Shown in pieces: positions 9,641 through 18,963 of a stretch of DNA of 64,000 nucleotides. The position numbers were made by a program, and so were the translations under genes. The notes beneath the pieces were generated by a model. It was not told where the DNA came from. It was given only the letters and a program-made list of their open reading frames with translations, and did no database searches. Position 1 is the stretch's first letter, and each line of letters opens with the position of its first letter. The stretch comes from a virus. Lineage: Duplodnaviria > Caudoviricetes. Location: positions 1,772-65,771 of the IMG/VR virus record IMGVR_UViG_3300024279_000008; one strand, written 5' to 3'.

Positions 9641-9936
9641 GTAAACGAAAAGAACCAGAGGTAGTGTATGTCCCAACCGATAATGGTTGGAGTGAGTTTG
9701 GAAAGACAATTGCTGGGTTAATTGGAGTCAGCATCGCAGGTGCGATTGTTTATTTGATAATCTGCACATTCTTAGCTGTGTTTGAAACCAGGGATACACT
9801 CAAAAAATTCCTAGCAAACCAATCCCCAACCCAAGTGTATTTTTACTCCGGGCAAAATAAGACTAATTGTAACTGGTTAGTCAAAGGTGCAAATACCTAT
9901 GAATGGACCTGTCCTAGGGATCAAATGGCCCCCTAA
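9637..9936 (+). CDS. predicted single-pass membrane protein
   Basis: Hydrophobic segment IAGLIGVSIAGAIVYLIICTFLAVF; last rightward gene, with stop overlapping the leftward block. Confidence 0.6.
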   Translation: MSKRKEPEVVYVPTDNGWSEFGKTIAGLIGVSIAGAIVYLIICTFLAVFETRDTLKKFLANQSPTQVYFYSGQNKTNCNWLVKGANTYEWTCPRDQMAP

Positions 9937-10622
9937 GAGGGAGATATCCCAGTAGGGTCTGGGCGGTTCCAGGGCGTCTTCTCATGCCGGATAATGTATA
10001 TCCCCCCAGGGAGTTGGGTTGGGCTTCGAAGGTCCACATCGTTGAACTGAATCCCAACCCTTGGATCGGACGATACCCGAGTGATTGACCCGGGGGGTCC
10101 ACCCTCTTGGGTCATTTCCTCGGGATCGATCTGGTAGTCAGGGAGCGCTCCCTTCCGGACCCAAGCCTCAAAGAGTTTTTTGTTTCGGAAGTGGGTCACT
10201 ACCCCGGTTCGCTCAGAGGGGTTAGCAACATGTTCCTTGAGGAGCTGGTCAAAGAGGGGGAGGACTCTCCCGGAGAATTGATTGAAGCTCTCCCCATCAG
10301 AGGTGGATTCGGGGCCTCGTCCGGGAGGGGCCAGGTCTGGTTCATGCCGGATGAGGTGGTTCATTAGGTCGATCTTCTCAGGGGTGACTTGCTGACCCTC
10401 AAGGCTACCTAGGTGCCATGGCTGCAAAGCTGGGGTAACCTGGGTGATGGGGGCACGGGTGTAGTGGGAAAGGATCTGGGCAGTGGTTCGAGTCCGCCCT
10501 AGATCGGAGGTGAGGATCCGATCCAGCCCACCCTTCCGAGCAAGTTGCTGAGCTGTGGTGTGAGCTGCCTCTAGGCCATCCTGGGTAAGGGGGATATCGC
10601 TTGAGCCTCGGAATCGTTCCAT
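9933..10622 (-). CDS. histidine phosphatase (PGM-like), circularly permuted
   Basis: GGAG RBS and TAATG-coupled ATG at 10622. RFRGSSDIPLT, TSDLGRTRTTA, GESF and VVTH motifs are in order; the IYIIRHEKTPWN catalytic strand is at the C-terminus. Confidence 0.8.
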   Translation of the reverse strand: MERFRGSSDIPLTQDGLEAAHTTAQQLARKGGLDRILTSDLGRTRTTAQILSHYTRAPITQVTPALQPWHLGSLEGQQVTPEKIDLMNHLIRHEPDLAPPGRGPESTSDGESFNQFSGRVLPLFDQLLKEHVANPSERTGVVTHFRNKKLFEAWVRKGALPDYQIDPEEMTQEGGPPGSITRVSSDPRVGIQFNDVDLRSPTQLPGGIYIIRHEKTPWNRPDPTGISPS

Positions 10623-13057
10623 TACTGAATCTCCTGGGATTGTTTTTGTTGAAGGTACCGACGATATGCTTCGGCTCCGATTGCAGCAGCTCCGATTGGT
10701 GGGGCGTAGGTGGAGAAGGGTCGGGAGGAGATTGACTGTCGGAGTTGGGGTGGGAGGTGGAGGAGGTGGACATCGTGAGTTCCTCCAATCGTATTCTTTT
10801 TCCAATTTAATGCTTGATAAAGTTCTGGACTGTTTTGCCATTGCAAAACGCCTTCAATACCCATATGTGGATTATTCCTTAGTACTGATTGAACGCTTCG
10901 TGCAGCTTGAGATAATGCACTAAAATTTGGTTGAGCCGCTAATGTATTAATCCGAGCTTCATAATGAAGGTCAGGAATACCCGCAGGTTTCTCCCATGTG
11001 GTTTCAGATGTTGTTCCAATTTGTCCCATCTCATGCCTCACCCCACCTTCCTTCCCAAGTTTCTCCGCAACCTTCGGGAGGGCTTTGTCGTAGACATCCT
11101 GGAAGCCTCGTTCACCAACGGTCATGTTTGGGGCTTGGAGGGAAGCAGTGCCGGTTTTGCGTTGAATGTAGCCATTCAAATGTTCGATTGGTTCATAGGC
11201 TTCGTTGATATAGAACTTTCCTTTAGGTGCTGATTCGACGGCTGATTGATAGGAGTTGTATATCTCTCCGCCATTATAAGGAATTGTGTCAGCATTAGCT
11301 GCGGGGTTTTCCCAAGCCCAGATTTGTTGGCCTTCGGGATTTGTCCCAGATATTAACATAGCTCGACCTTTAGAACGAGTTGAAGAGTTATCCTTCATAT
11401 AGTCATTCCAGGTCTTAGGAACTTGGGGGCCTTGGACTACTTGTGTAGTCTCCAACAACTTCCTCGCATTCTCTGCCCCAAGCTTCTCCCCAAGTTGGGA
11501 GGTAGGAACTGTGGTATTGATAACCTCCTGGCCATCCTTCAGGGCTCGAAGGTTACCCGACCCAGTATCGTAATGAACAGTATCAATTCCTTCTTCAAGT
11601 ATATTCTTATAACGCTTTGCTTGTTGATCTCCAGTTGTCCACCCAATCCCATCATACCCTTCATCCGCAGCAATCCGCATCATCCGCTTGAGGGCGAGTT
11701 CGTGGTAGTTCCTCGCGAGGGGTGCATCCGGTACGTTGGCTGCACGGGTGGCTTCCATCCCACCTCGAAGGGAGTCAGGGTTATCTACCTGCTGCTTAGT
11801 GAGCGGTGCGTGTTCCCCAATCCCCTTATCATGGAGTATCTTCGAGGCTTGGTAGTTCCAGGTGGTGGTTGGGTCAGCTTGGGCTTTGTCTGCATCCCGC
11901 AGGCGCTTTTGCCAGTCGGATTGGACCTCCTCCAGGAACAGGATCTTCTTTCCATCTGGGGTCATCCGGTCGGTGGTTCGGATATGAGCCAGGATGTTGG
12001 GGTCGGAGTAGTGACCTCCGGTAAATTGTTGAGCCTCCGGACTCCAATTGGTACTCCACCGTTGAACAGCTTGTTGAGCTTGGGGTTCAGTATAGAAACT
12101 ATCTCCAACATTTTCTCCAACTTGATTACGAATTTGAAATCTTCCATCTGGAGTTTTTACGTAGGAGTAATTTGGTTTCATAGAGGCTGGTTGGTTGGCC
12201 CACTGCAACCCAAACTCCCGGTAGTTCTCCCCGCCTGGGAGGGACAGTGAGGAAAAATCATTGCGAGCATATTCAGGTTTAACTTTAGGGTTATTAATCT
12301 CTTGGACCTGCACCTGAGCATCCCGGACAAAATCTCGAATCTCGGACTTAGTGAACTTATCCTTCGACCCGAGGAATTCCTGTAACCCGGGTGTGAACTG
12401 GAACTCCTCGGCCTTGATCCCTGGGAGTTTCGCGAGGGACTGAGCTTGGGCACGGTTCATCTTCTCGGGGACCTTTAGTTTGGGATCGTCCAGGGCTTGG
12501 AGAAGGTTGGATTGGAAGGTAGGAGTTATTGGAATTTCGTTTGATTTACCTAGCGCAGTAACTAAAGGTTGTTGTAAGTATCTCGGCCAAGCTTCAAAGT
12601 TCTCTACGTTTGTAGACTCAGGATAATACATCTCCCCAAATTTTGCTAACGAAAATTGATTTGGTCGATCCGACCATCGCCCTGACAAGGCAGAACTTTC
12701 AAGTTTTTGGAGTTGGTTAGGGTTCATTCCAGGGACTTGCTTAGTAGCCTTCATAAGATTCGCCCCTACCCCCAACACCATCGGCGCAGCCAACATCGCC
12801 GCCTGCCAAGCAAGCTCACCCTTGGATTTGGGGATCATGTTCAGGGGGTTGAAGTCCTCCCCCTGCACGAGCCCTCCAGCACCAGGCGATGCCTGTTGGA
12901 TGGGTTGGGTTATCTGCTGGTAGAGCTTCGCGGCGTGCCCAACCAGCCCTGAGAGGCCCCCTTGTTCCAGTGCTTGTTGTGGGGAGGCATAGTCCCCTGA
13001 GGGATTTACGAACCCTTCCATCCCCTGCGGGGAACCGAGTTGTTTAAGATCTGCCAT
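10622..13057 (-). CDS. large internal virion/ejection protein with an enzyme-like central domain
   Basis: 811 aa at the distal end of the ejection cluster; NILAHIRTTDR, LFLEEVQSDW and GYDGIGWTTG motifs. Confidence 0.6.
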   Translation of the reverse strand: MADLKQLGSPQGMEGFVNPSGDYASPQQALEQGGLSGLVGHAAKLYQQITQPIQQASPGAGGLVQGEDFNPLNMIPKSKGELAWQAAMLAAPMVLGVGANLMKATKQVPGMNPNQLQKLESSALSGRWSDRPNQFSLAKFGEMYYPESTNVENFEAWPRYLQQPLVTALGKSNEIPITPTFQSNLLQALDDPKLKVPEKMNRAQAQSLAKLPGIKAEEFQFTPGLQEFLGSKDKFTKSEIRDFVRDAQVQVQEINNPKVKPEYARNDFSSLSLPGGENYREFGLQWANQPASMKPNYSYVKTPDGRFQIRNQVGENVGDSFYTEPQAQQAVQRWSTNWSPEAQQFTGGHYSDPNILAHIRTTDRMTPDGKKILFLEEVQSDWQKRLRDADKAQADPTTTWNYQASKILHDKGIGEHAPLTKQQVDNPDSLRGGMEATRAANVPDAPLARNYHELALKRMMRIAADEGYDGIGWTTGDQQAKRYKNILEEGIDTVHYDTGSGNLRALKDGQEVINTTVPTSQLGEKLGAENARKLLETTQVVQGPQVPKTWNDYMKDNSSTRSKGRAMLISGTNPEGQQIWAWENPAANADTIPYNGGEIYNSYQSAVESAPKGKFYINEAYEPIEHLNGYIQRKTGTASLQAPNMTVGERGFQDVYDKALPKVAEKLGKEGGVRHEMGQIGTTSETTWEKPAGIPDLHYEARINTLAAQPNFSALSQAARSVQSVLRNNPHMGIEGVLQWQNSPELYQALNWKKNTIGGTHDVHLLHLPPQLRQSISSRPFSTYAPPIGAAAIGAEAYRRYLQQKQSQEIQ

Positions 13058-13073
13058 GGGTTAATATTCCTTC

Positions 13074-13367
13074 CTACCGTTGGTAACTTGTCTGAGGCAT
13101 CCCACCCTGCGTAGGAGCCGACTGAGGTGGCCCCTGCTGTCCATGCAACCCCAGCAACCCCGCAATCATCGGAGGGATTGGCTTCCCCTCCTTCATAAGC
13201 TGCATGATCCAGTTCATCAACGCCGAGAGCTGCTCAGGTGGGCCTCCAGGCTGCTGGGGAGGAACCCCTCCATCGTTTACTTGGGTGGGGGTCGGGGGTC
13301 CTGGCTGAAGGCCTTGGGCTGGCCCTCCTTGCATCTGTCCCATCTGGCTCATGATGTTATTTAACAT
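13074..13367 (-). CDS. Q/P/G-rich small protein
   Basis: ATG at 13367 overlaps the upstream stop; low-complexity sequence. Confidence 0.55.
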   Translation of the reverse strand: MLNNIMSQMGQMQGGPAQGLQPGPPTPTQVNDGGVPPQQPGGPPEQLSALMNWIMQLMKEGKPIPPMIAGLLGLHGQQGPPQSAPTQGGMPQTSYQR

Positions 13368-13659
13368 ATCGGCCTTGTCCTTGGGCCTGCGTTTGGGCCT
13401 GGTTTGCCTGTCTCTCAATGATCTTATCCAGCTTATCATCCTGCCGCTTTGAGGCCTCTCGGAGATCCTGGAGCTGGGCCACTACCGTCCCAAACTGCTG
13501 CTCCAGGGTATTAACCCGTTGGTCAGTGATTGTCGCTCGGGCCGAGATCTGTGCCGCCCAACTCCCACCCATCGCGAGGATAATCATCGTTGTGAGGGTG
13601 AGTAAAAACCAAACAATCGCCGAGGAGTTTATGATTTTATTCGGTGATTCAATTGCCAT
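13357..13659 (-). CDS. membrane protein with coiled coil (holin/spanin-like)
   Basis: N-terminal transmembrane segment followed by heptad repeats. Confidence 0.5.
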   Translation of the reverse strand: MAIESPNKIINSSAIVWFLLTLTTMIILAMGGSWAAQISARATITDQRVNTLEQQFGTVVAQLQDLREASKRQDDKLDKIIERQANQAQTQAQGQGRYVK

Positions 13660-13724
13660 CTAAAGGATACCTTTCAGATTGATATTGATACTTCTACTAC
13701 TCGTTACATCCCCGTTATGGGTTA

Positions 13725-15290
13725 CTACGGTTGTGATTGGCCTTGCACGGTTATTGGATGTTGTCCAGCAAAAGCTAAGCTAGGAGAGTGACCTGCAAGT
13801 TGGAAGAGGGCCTTGGCCGTGGAGGCCTCACCCATGTTCTTCAACCCAAGCCCTACTCTCATGAGGATTGCTGGGTCACGAAGGGCCTGGCGGATAACAT
13901 ACGTGGCGATAGCTGTTCCTGCAACAGGGGCCATGGTCTCTAAAGCTGGACTACCCATTGGGATTCCCAAGGTATGGAGGATGCCACCTGCCGCTCCACC
14001 CGCTACCAAGGGTAGGATCTGAGTGATCTTGGATGGGTTCTCCCGGGCAAGTTCCGAGAGAGCTTTGTGAACATGGATTGCTTGAGAGACTTGGGAGTTA
14101 AGCTCCGCAAGACCTGGGTCCCGGGATTTGATAGCGTCTCGAATCCCACCTTGCTGGAGGCGATTGAACATCGATTCACCAGGGGACCCCTCCATAGAGT
14201 TCGCCGCTGAAGCCATGGCTTTCTTATCCGGGACAATTGCATTAAACGCCCGGTTGATCTTAAGCCAAGTTTCCATATCCTGTCCAGGGTCAATCCCTAT
14301 GACCCGTTGGATATACTGCCGGGGGTCCGCGTCGGATGGAAAGGATTTAACATCCCGACTCATTCCGGTTTGGTTTTCGACATAATCCGCGAGGTGGGCC
14401 TCAAGCGGAGCGGCTTGTTTAGGACCCGGTCCCATCAGCCGATCCTGGATTGCCTTCTCTACTGGCCCGAGGGTCTCCATTGTCATCATCGGCCCGCCCT
14501 GGTAATTGCGGGCACGATCATTAACACTCCTTAGGCCTTCGTCAATCAACCCCTGGAGACGATCCAACTCAGGTCCGGCCTTCACTCCGCGCTTCCCACG
14601 GATCCCCTCCTGGAACATCCGATTCCCTACTACGTCCTGGGAGGTAGGGGAGAGGTTCTCTCGGTCCAGGGGAAGGCCTGCCTTATAGACGGACCTGCCC
14701 CCGTCCACTAGAGAGCCTTCTCGGAGTTTGCTCATCAAGTCCCCACCATGTTGCATTCCAAGCAAAGTGAGAATATCTGCAAAACCCCCGGCAGGATCTC
14801 CATGGGTTACTTCATGGGCAGCATTCATAATTGGTGGGCCAACTAAAGGAACCGCTGAGGCAGCCCCATGAACCATCCCACTTAGGAAGTTTGGATCGGC
14901 CTGAGCCTTCCTCGCTTCCTCCACCTGGGGATCCACGTACATCTGCTTAAGGGTAGAGAGACCTTGGGACTGCTGGGAGGGGTTCCGGCCATTTAGGGAT
15001 TGTAGGAGGGCTTCCCCTGTTTGGGAGGCACCCTGCCATATCCCTTTAGCATTCTCCCCAAGTTTCCCAAAAAACCGGCCTATAGCATCTACAGATTTAT
15101 CTGTTGTATCTCGATTAGCCCCTGTAGCTGCTGGGATTGTCCCCAATGGAACATACCGTTCCAATAACTCCGGAGTCCACCCAGGTTGAGAAGATAATGC
15201 ATCCCGGATTTCCTGAGGGGATTTTCCCTGGTCGAGGTATTGTTTAACATACCCCTGAGTTGTTGGGTCAAGTTGATTTTGATCTGCCAT
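13725..15290 (-). CDS. putative DNA ejection protein
   Basis: 521 aa, Gly/Ala-rich amphipathic helices; position after the tail genes. Confidence 0.55.
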   Translation of the reverse strand: MADQNQLDPTTQGYVKQYLDQGKSPQEIRDALSSQPGWTPELLERYVPLGTIPAATGANRDTTDKSVDAIGRFFGKLGENAKGIWQGASQTGEALLQSLNGRNPSQQSQGLSTLKQMYVDPQVEEARKAQADPNFLSGMVHGAASAVPLVGPPIMNAAHEVTHGDPAGGFADILTLLGMQHGGDLMSKLREGSLVDGGRSVYKAGLPLDRENLSPTSQDVVGNRMFQEGIRGKRGVKAGPELDRLQGLIDEGLRSVNDRARNYQGGPMMTMETLGPVEKAIQDRLMGPGPKQAAPLEAHLADYVENQTGMSRDVKSFPSDADPRQYIQRVIGIDPGQDMETWLKINRAFNAIVPDKKAMASAANSMEGSPGESMFNRLQQGGIRDAIKSRDPGLAELNSQVSQAIHVHKALSELARENPSKITQILPLVAGGAAGGILHTLGIPMGSPALETMAPVAGTAIATYVIRQALRDPAILMRVGLGLKNMGEASTAKALFQLAGHSPSLAFAGQHPITVQGQSQP

Positions 15291-15293
15291 AGA

Positions 15294-16940
15294 TTACCTC
15301 AGTGGAGCGGGAATAACAATTTGACTACGAGGAACTGAACCTTTAGGAGCCATCGAGGCGTACCCTTCAAGCCAATCCTGAAACACCCCCAGGGATGACT
15401 TTAGAATATTCGGGTCCATCTTCCCAGTATCCGCGAGGTTCTTCATGTACTCCATCATATATGGGCTGGAACCACCTCGGGCTCCACCATGAACCCTAGC
15501 CACAGCACTCCGGAGGAGGGAGAAGTTATCCCGGAGTTGATTAAATGCTGGATCGCCGGTTCCAGGTTTCTCGTTAAGAAACTGGTTCCACCGACTCGCC
15601 ACTACCCCAAGTTTCCCGGCCCCTTCCAACTTAGCAATCTCAGTTTTGATAGTATCAATGTGCTTGAGGGCTTGCTGAGAGAACGCCGCTGCATCTCGGG
15701 TCTGGGCATCGATTTGGTTTACATCCAACCCTTGGATAGCGAGAGCGTGGTTCACAGCGGTTTGGAGGGTTTTGTTTTTTATCAACCCATAGTTCTTTGC
15801 GTCCTGTTGGACTTGCTTGGTCCAGTATGCAATATCCTGGTCATCCGGTTTAGGACCTTCATGAAGGGCATTCGCGAAGGTCATTAGGTCCTTACGATTC
15901 TGGAGGTCTGCTGCACGCTTGGATTCTTTTGCCTCTGGAGAGTTGGTGTTCATAAAATCCAACCATTTACTCCAGGCTTGTTTCATCTCAGAGGTGTTGC
16001 CCGATTTGCGATCAGTCTCCTTGGCAGTATCAAAGAGGTTTGTCCATGCAGATTTCATTAACGGATCTGCTTTATCACCCTGAAAATACTGAGAGACCTG
16101 ATCGTGCCCACGTTTGTTTTGTTCATCAAGCGACCCGAGGATTCGTTGTTCGTCCTTGTCTTTGGCCTGTTGGGCAGCGGTTTCTCCATAGTACTTGAGA
16201 AGTCCTGAGTCCATGTAGACTAATCCATCTTTACCGGGTTTACCACCACCTTCTTCAAGAAATTTTTTAGCAATCGGATTGGCCGCAGGAACCGCAGTTT
16301 GGCCTTTATGGGTGTCCTCCGTCTCAGGGAGTTTATAGTATTTGTCCCCAATCTTAATGGCACCCTCAGGTGCAATTACACCAAGAGGATTCATAGGATC
16401 AGGAAGAGGTTTAACCTCAGTTGCCCCACGCTCCCAAGCATCGAGTTGTTGTTTTTGATTAAGTTGGAGTTGCTCCCGGACCTGGTCGGCTTTGGTTTTG
16501 GCGTCTTGCATCTCCATCCGTTGGGTTTCGATTGCTTGTTGACTTCGTAGACGAGCATCCTCAGAGGATTGTTGGAAAGCCCCTGGAGCGAGTTTGGAAG
16601 CGAACCCCTGGGCCACCGCCGTGAGGAAGTTGTTCCATCCAGGATGCCGTCCTGACCAATCCTGGCCATACGCGGCAGGGTCAGGGGCAGACCCAGAGTG
16701 GATCTGATTGAGAGCCTGAGGGGGAGGAGCTTGGGAGGCTTGGGGCTGACCCTGCCCAAAGATATGTTGGAGGATATCCCCTACCCCAGGAACTGGGGGT
16801 TGCTGAAGCTGGGCTGGTCCCTGCATTTGGGTTGGCTGGGGTTGCTGCATCCCCGGTCCTTCTGGTCCCTGCATAGACTGCCAGGGGTTGGACTGGCCAC
16901 CCTGGAGAAGCTGCCAAATAGATTGTGCGATATTACCCAT
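15294..16940 (-). CDS. putative DNA ejection protein
   Basis: 548 aa, Q-rich N-terminus and helical body; podovirus ejection-gene position. Confidence 0.55.
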   Translation of the reverse strand: MGNIAQSIWQLLQGGQSNPWQSMQGPEGPGMQQPQPTQMQGPAQLQQPPVPGVGDILQHIFGQGQPQASQAPPPQALNQIHSGSAPDPAAYGQDWSGRHPGWNNFLTAVAQGFASKLAPGAFQQSSEDARLRSQQAIETQRMEMQDAKTKADQVREQLQLNQKQQLDAWERGATEVKPLPDPMNPLGVIAPEGAIKIGDKYYKLPETEDTHKGQTAVPAANPIAKKFLEEGGGKPGKDGLVYMDSGLLKYYGETAAQQAKDKDEQRILGSLDEQNKRGHDQVSQYFQGDKADPLMKSAWTNLFDTAKETDRKSGNTSEMKQAWSKWLDFMNTNSPEAKESKRAADLQNRKDLMTFANALHEGPKPDDQDIAYWTKQVQQDAKNYGLIKNKTLQTAVNHALAIQGLDVNQIDAQTRDAAAFSQQALKHIDTIKTEIAKLEGAGKLGVVASRWNQFLNEKPGTGDPAFNQLRDNFSLLRSAVARVHGGARGGSSPYMMEYMKNLADTGKMDPNILKSSLGVFQDWLEGYASMAPKGSVPRSQIVIPAPLR

Positions 16941-16951
16941 GAGTTTGGTCC

Positions 16952-17629
16952 TTATCCGAAGATCGCTCCAAACAGGCCCGACCCTGGGGATTTGGTGATC
17001 TGCGACCCGGAGGTTTGGGAGTTGGCATTCGTCGAGGAGTTGCCGAAGTAATTCTGCCAGGCGTTGTTGAAGTTCGTAGAGGTCTGGCCATAAGGGGCTT
17101 TGAAGCCCATCCCCTGACCCAGGAGGCCTGATCCATACTGCATCTGCGCAGCATTGTTTTGGAATGGTATCTGAGCGTTGTAGTTGTTGATCGCCCCGAG
17201 TTTGTTAGTCATCAACCCGGTCTGGGCCTGGGCTGCCCTCCCTGAGTTAAGTGCCCCGCTCTTCGCAAGGATGGATTGGAGTTGTTGTTGGGCTCCTCCG
17301 TACTGGGAGTTGACTCCCTGGATATAATTCGCTTGCATCCCAGGGCTGACCACTGGTTGGGTGGCTTTGTACATCAGGTTCCGGTACTGGGCCGGTAGGG
17401 ACTGAAGGAAGGAATCATACCACCCTGGGAGGTTGGGGTTGGTGGAGGTTACTCCGTTAGAGGAAGTGTTTCCGGATTGGGAGTTACTAGAGTCAGTGTT
17501 GGACGTGGTGTTCTGGTTGGAGGTTACATTCTGGGAGGAAGGCATTGACCCAAACAACTGTCCACCAATCCCTCCAAGAGCGGAACCAATCCCTCCACCA
17601 AAAGCATTAGTCATCATCCCAGCAGACAT
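16952..17629 (-). CDS. putative DNA transfer/ejection protein (P22 gp7-like position)
   Basis: N- and C-terminal Gly-rich hydrophobic segments with S/N/Q-rich core. Confidence 0.55.
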   Translation of the reverse strand: MSAGMMTNAFGGGIGSALGGIGGQLFGSMPSSQNVTSNQNTTSNTDSSNSQSGNTSSNGVTSTNPNLPGWYDSFLQSLPAQYRNLMYKATQPVVSPGMQANYIQGVNSQYGGAQQQLQSILAKSGALNSGRAAQAQTGLMTNKLGAINNYNAQIPFQNNAAQMQYGSGLLGQGMGFKAPYGQTSTNFNNAWQNYFGNSSTNANSQTSGSQITKSPGSGLFGAIFG

Positions 17630-17633
17630 TAAC

Positions 17634-18263
17634 TTACTCCTCCTTTGTAGGTTCGGGTTCTACCTGGGGCACATCCTGTACTTCGCATTGTGGTTGGCAT
17701 TGAGTATTGTAATTTCTCCTTGTAAGACCAAATAACACCAAATTCTGTGGTGAGTTCTCGTACATGATCCCATCCTCGACGATACCTTCCATCTTAAAGC
17801 CTAACCGGCGGACCAGGGCCTTCGCAGGGGAGTTTCTCTCAGACATATACGTTGTGAGCCGGAGGAGAGATGGGATACCCTCAAACAAATCCTTCACAAC
17901 CATCCCTGCGGCTTCGTCCACCAGCCTGGCCTTCCAAGCCCTCCGAGCAGTCGCTACATGGAGGAAGCCGTTCCGGACCGCTCCATTCGGCATGAGGGAA
18001 GGTTCGAACATCCCAAACCCCACCAAGGGGGCTTCGTGTTTGATGTTCGTCAGGTGGTTCTTATCGATGACCCCCCAGCTCACACACCTCGGCAGGACCT
18101 CGGTCATTAGCTGACAATACGTATCTACATCCTTCGGGGAGTCATCACACTCTGTGATAGTCCGGTAGCAATGCAACCATCCGTACAACCGTTTAACCTC
18201 CGATAGAGGGAACGGGGTGATTAAATCAACGTCTTTACCAGTGATAATACGTAGGTTATTCAT
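17634..18263 (-). CDS. GNAT-fold acetyltransferase (T7 gp13-like position)
   Basis: RNSPAKALVRRLGFKMEG GNAT motif; lies between tail and ejection genes. Confidence 0.75.
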   Translation of the reverse strand: MNNLRIITGKDVDLITPFPLSEVKRLYGWLHCYRTITECDDSPKDVDTYCQLMTEVLPRCVSWGVIDKNHLTNIKHEAPLVGFGMFEPSLMPNGAVRNGFLHVATARRAWKARLVDEAAGMVVKDLFEGIPSLLRLTTYMSERNSPAKALVRRLGFKMEGIVEDGIMYENSPQNLVLFGLTRRNYNTQCQPQCEVQDVPQVEPEPTKEE

Positions 18264-18282
18264 ACGAGTAGAGTATTTCCTT

Positions 18283-18963
18283 TTAGGTTAGTTTTTCCAA
18301 AACCACGTCCAATGCATACTTCGGGGAGCCAGTGGATCCGGTTTTGGTAGTTAGATACTGAATGTTGTTCGATCCATCTGCTTGGATCACCAGGGTCGCG
18401 GAGGAAACTCCATTAGCTCCAGTGGTACTAAGGGAGATTGACGGACCGACCTGGGTGGTATGGGAGGCGGTCCCGTCGTTATAGACTATGCTTACTGTGA
18501 CAGTATCCGTCCCAGAGGCAGTGGTGGTCCAAAGGTAGGTAGATACCCGGTAAACTCCAGATGGTGCGACCCCACCCCCAACTGAGATTGAGGTTGTCCC
18601 AACTGATCCGGATTGGTTTGTGAGAGCCACAACCCCAACAACCGGAACCAACCCTACCCCAGCAAGAGGGATGTTATTGTAGGATCGGGTGGTGGGGAGC
18701 TTGAAGAGATTGACCCCTGCCCCCGTAGGGGCCGGAGCCCCTGTGACCCCCTGTAGGTAACTCAGGGTTACCGCGTCCTGAGGGTTGACCGGGTTGGCTA
18801 GGTTGGTCAACCGGTTTTGCTGGAAGTCCGTCACAGGTGGAGCCGAGGCGAGATAATCCGCCACCTTTTGGACAACCCCTGCCAGGACATTCCGGGTGTC
18901 TTGGAACGATCCCAAGGGAGGAATAAACACCGAGAGCTTAGCCATTCTTGGGGGTCCCTTCAA
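18283..18963 (-). CDS. putative tail accessory protein
   Basis: LTNLANPVNPQDAVTLSYL fibre-type motif plus beta-rich C-terminus. Confidence 0.5.
   Translation of the reverse strand: MKGPPRMAKLSVFIPPLGSFQDTRNVLAGVVQKVADYLASAPPVTDFQQNRLTNLANPVNPQDAVTLSYLQGVTGAPAPTGAGVNLFKLPTTRSYNNIPLAGVGLVPVVGVVALTNQSGSVGTTSISVGGGVAPSGVYRVSTYLWTTTASGTDTVTVSIVYNDGTASHTTQVGPSISLSTTGANGVSSATLVIQADGSNNIQYLTTKTGSTGSPKYALDVVLEKLT

Noticed and set aside
10623-10841. N-terminal extension of the 302-aa phosphatase ORF in the track (poly-Pro)
   Set aside because: It overlaps the end of the 811-aa gene in another frame and has no RH motif. The ATG at 10622 has an RBS and TAATG coupling.
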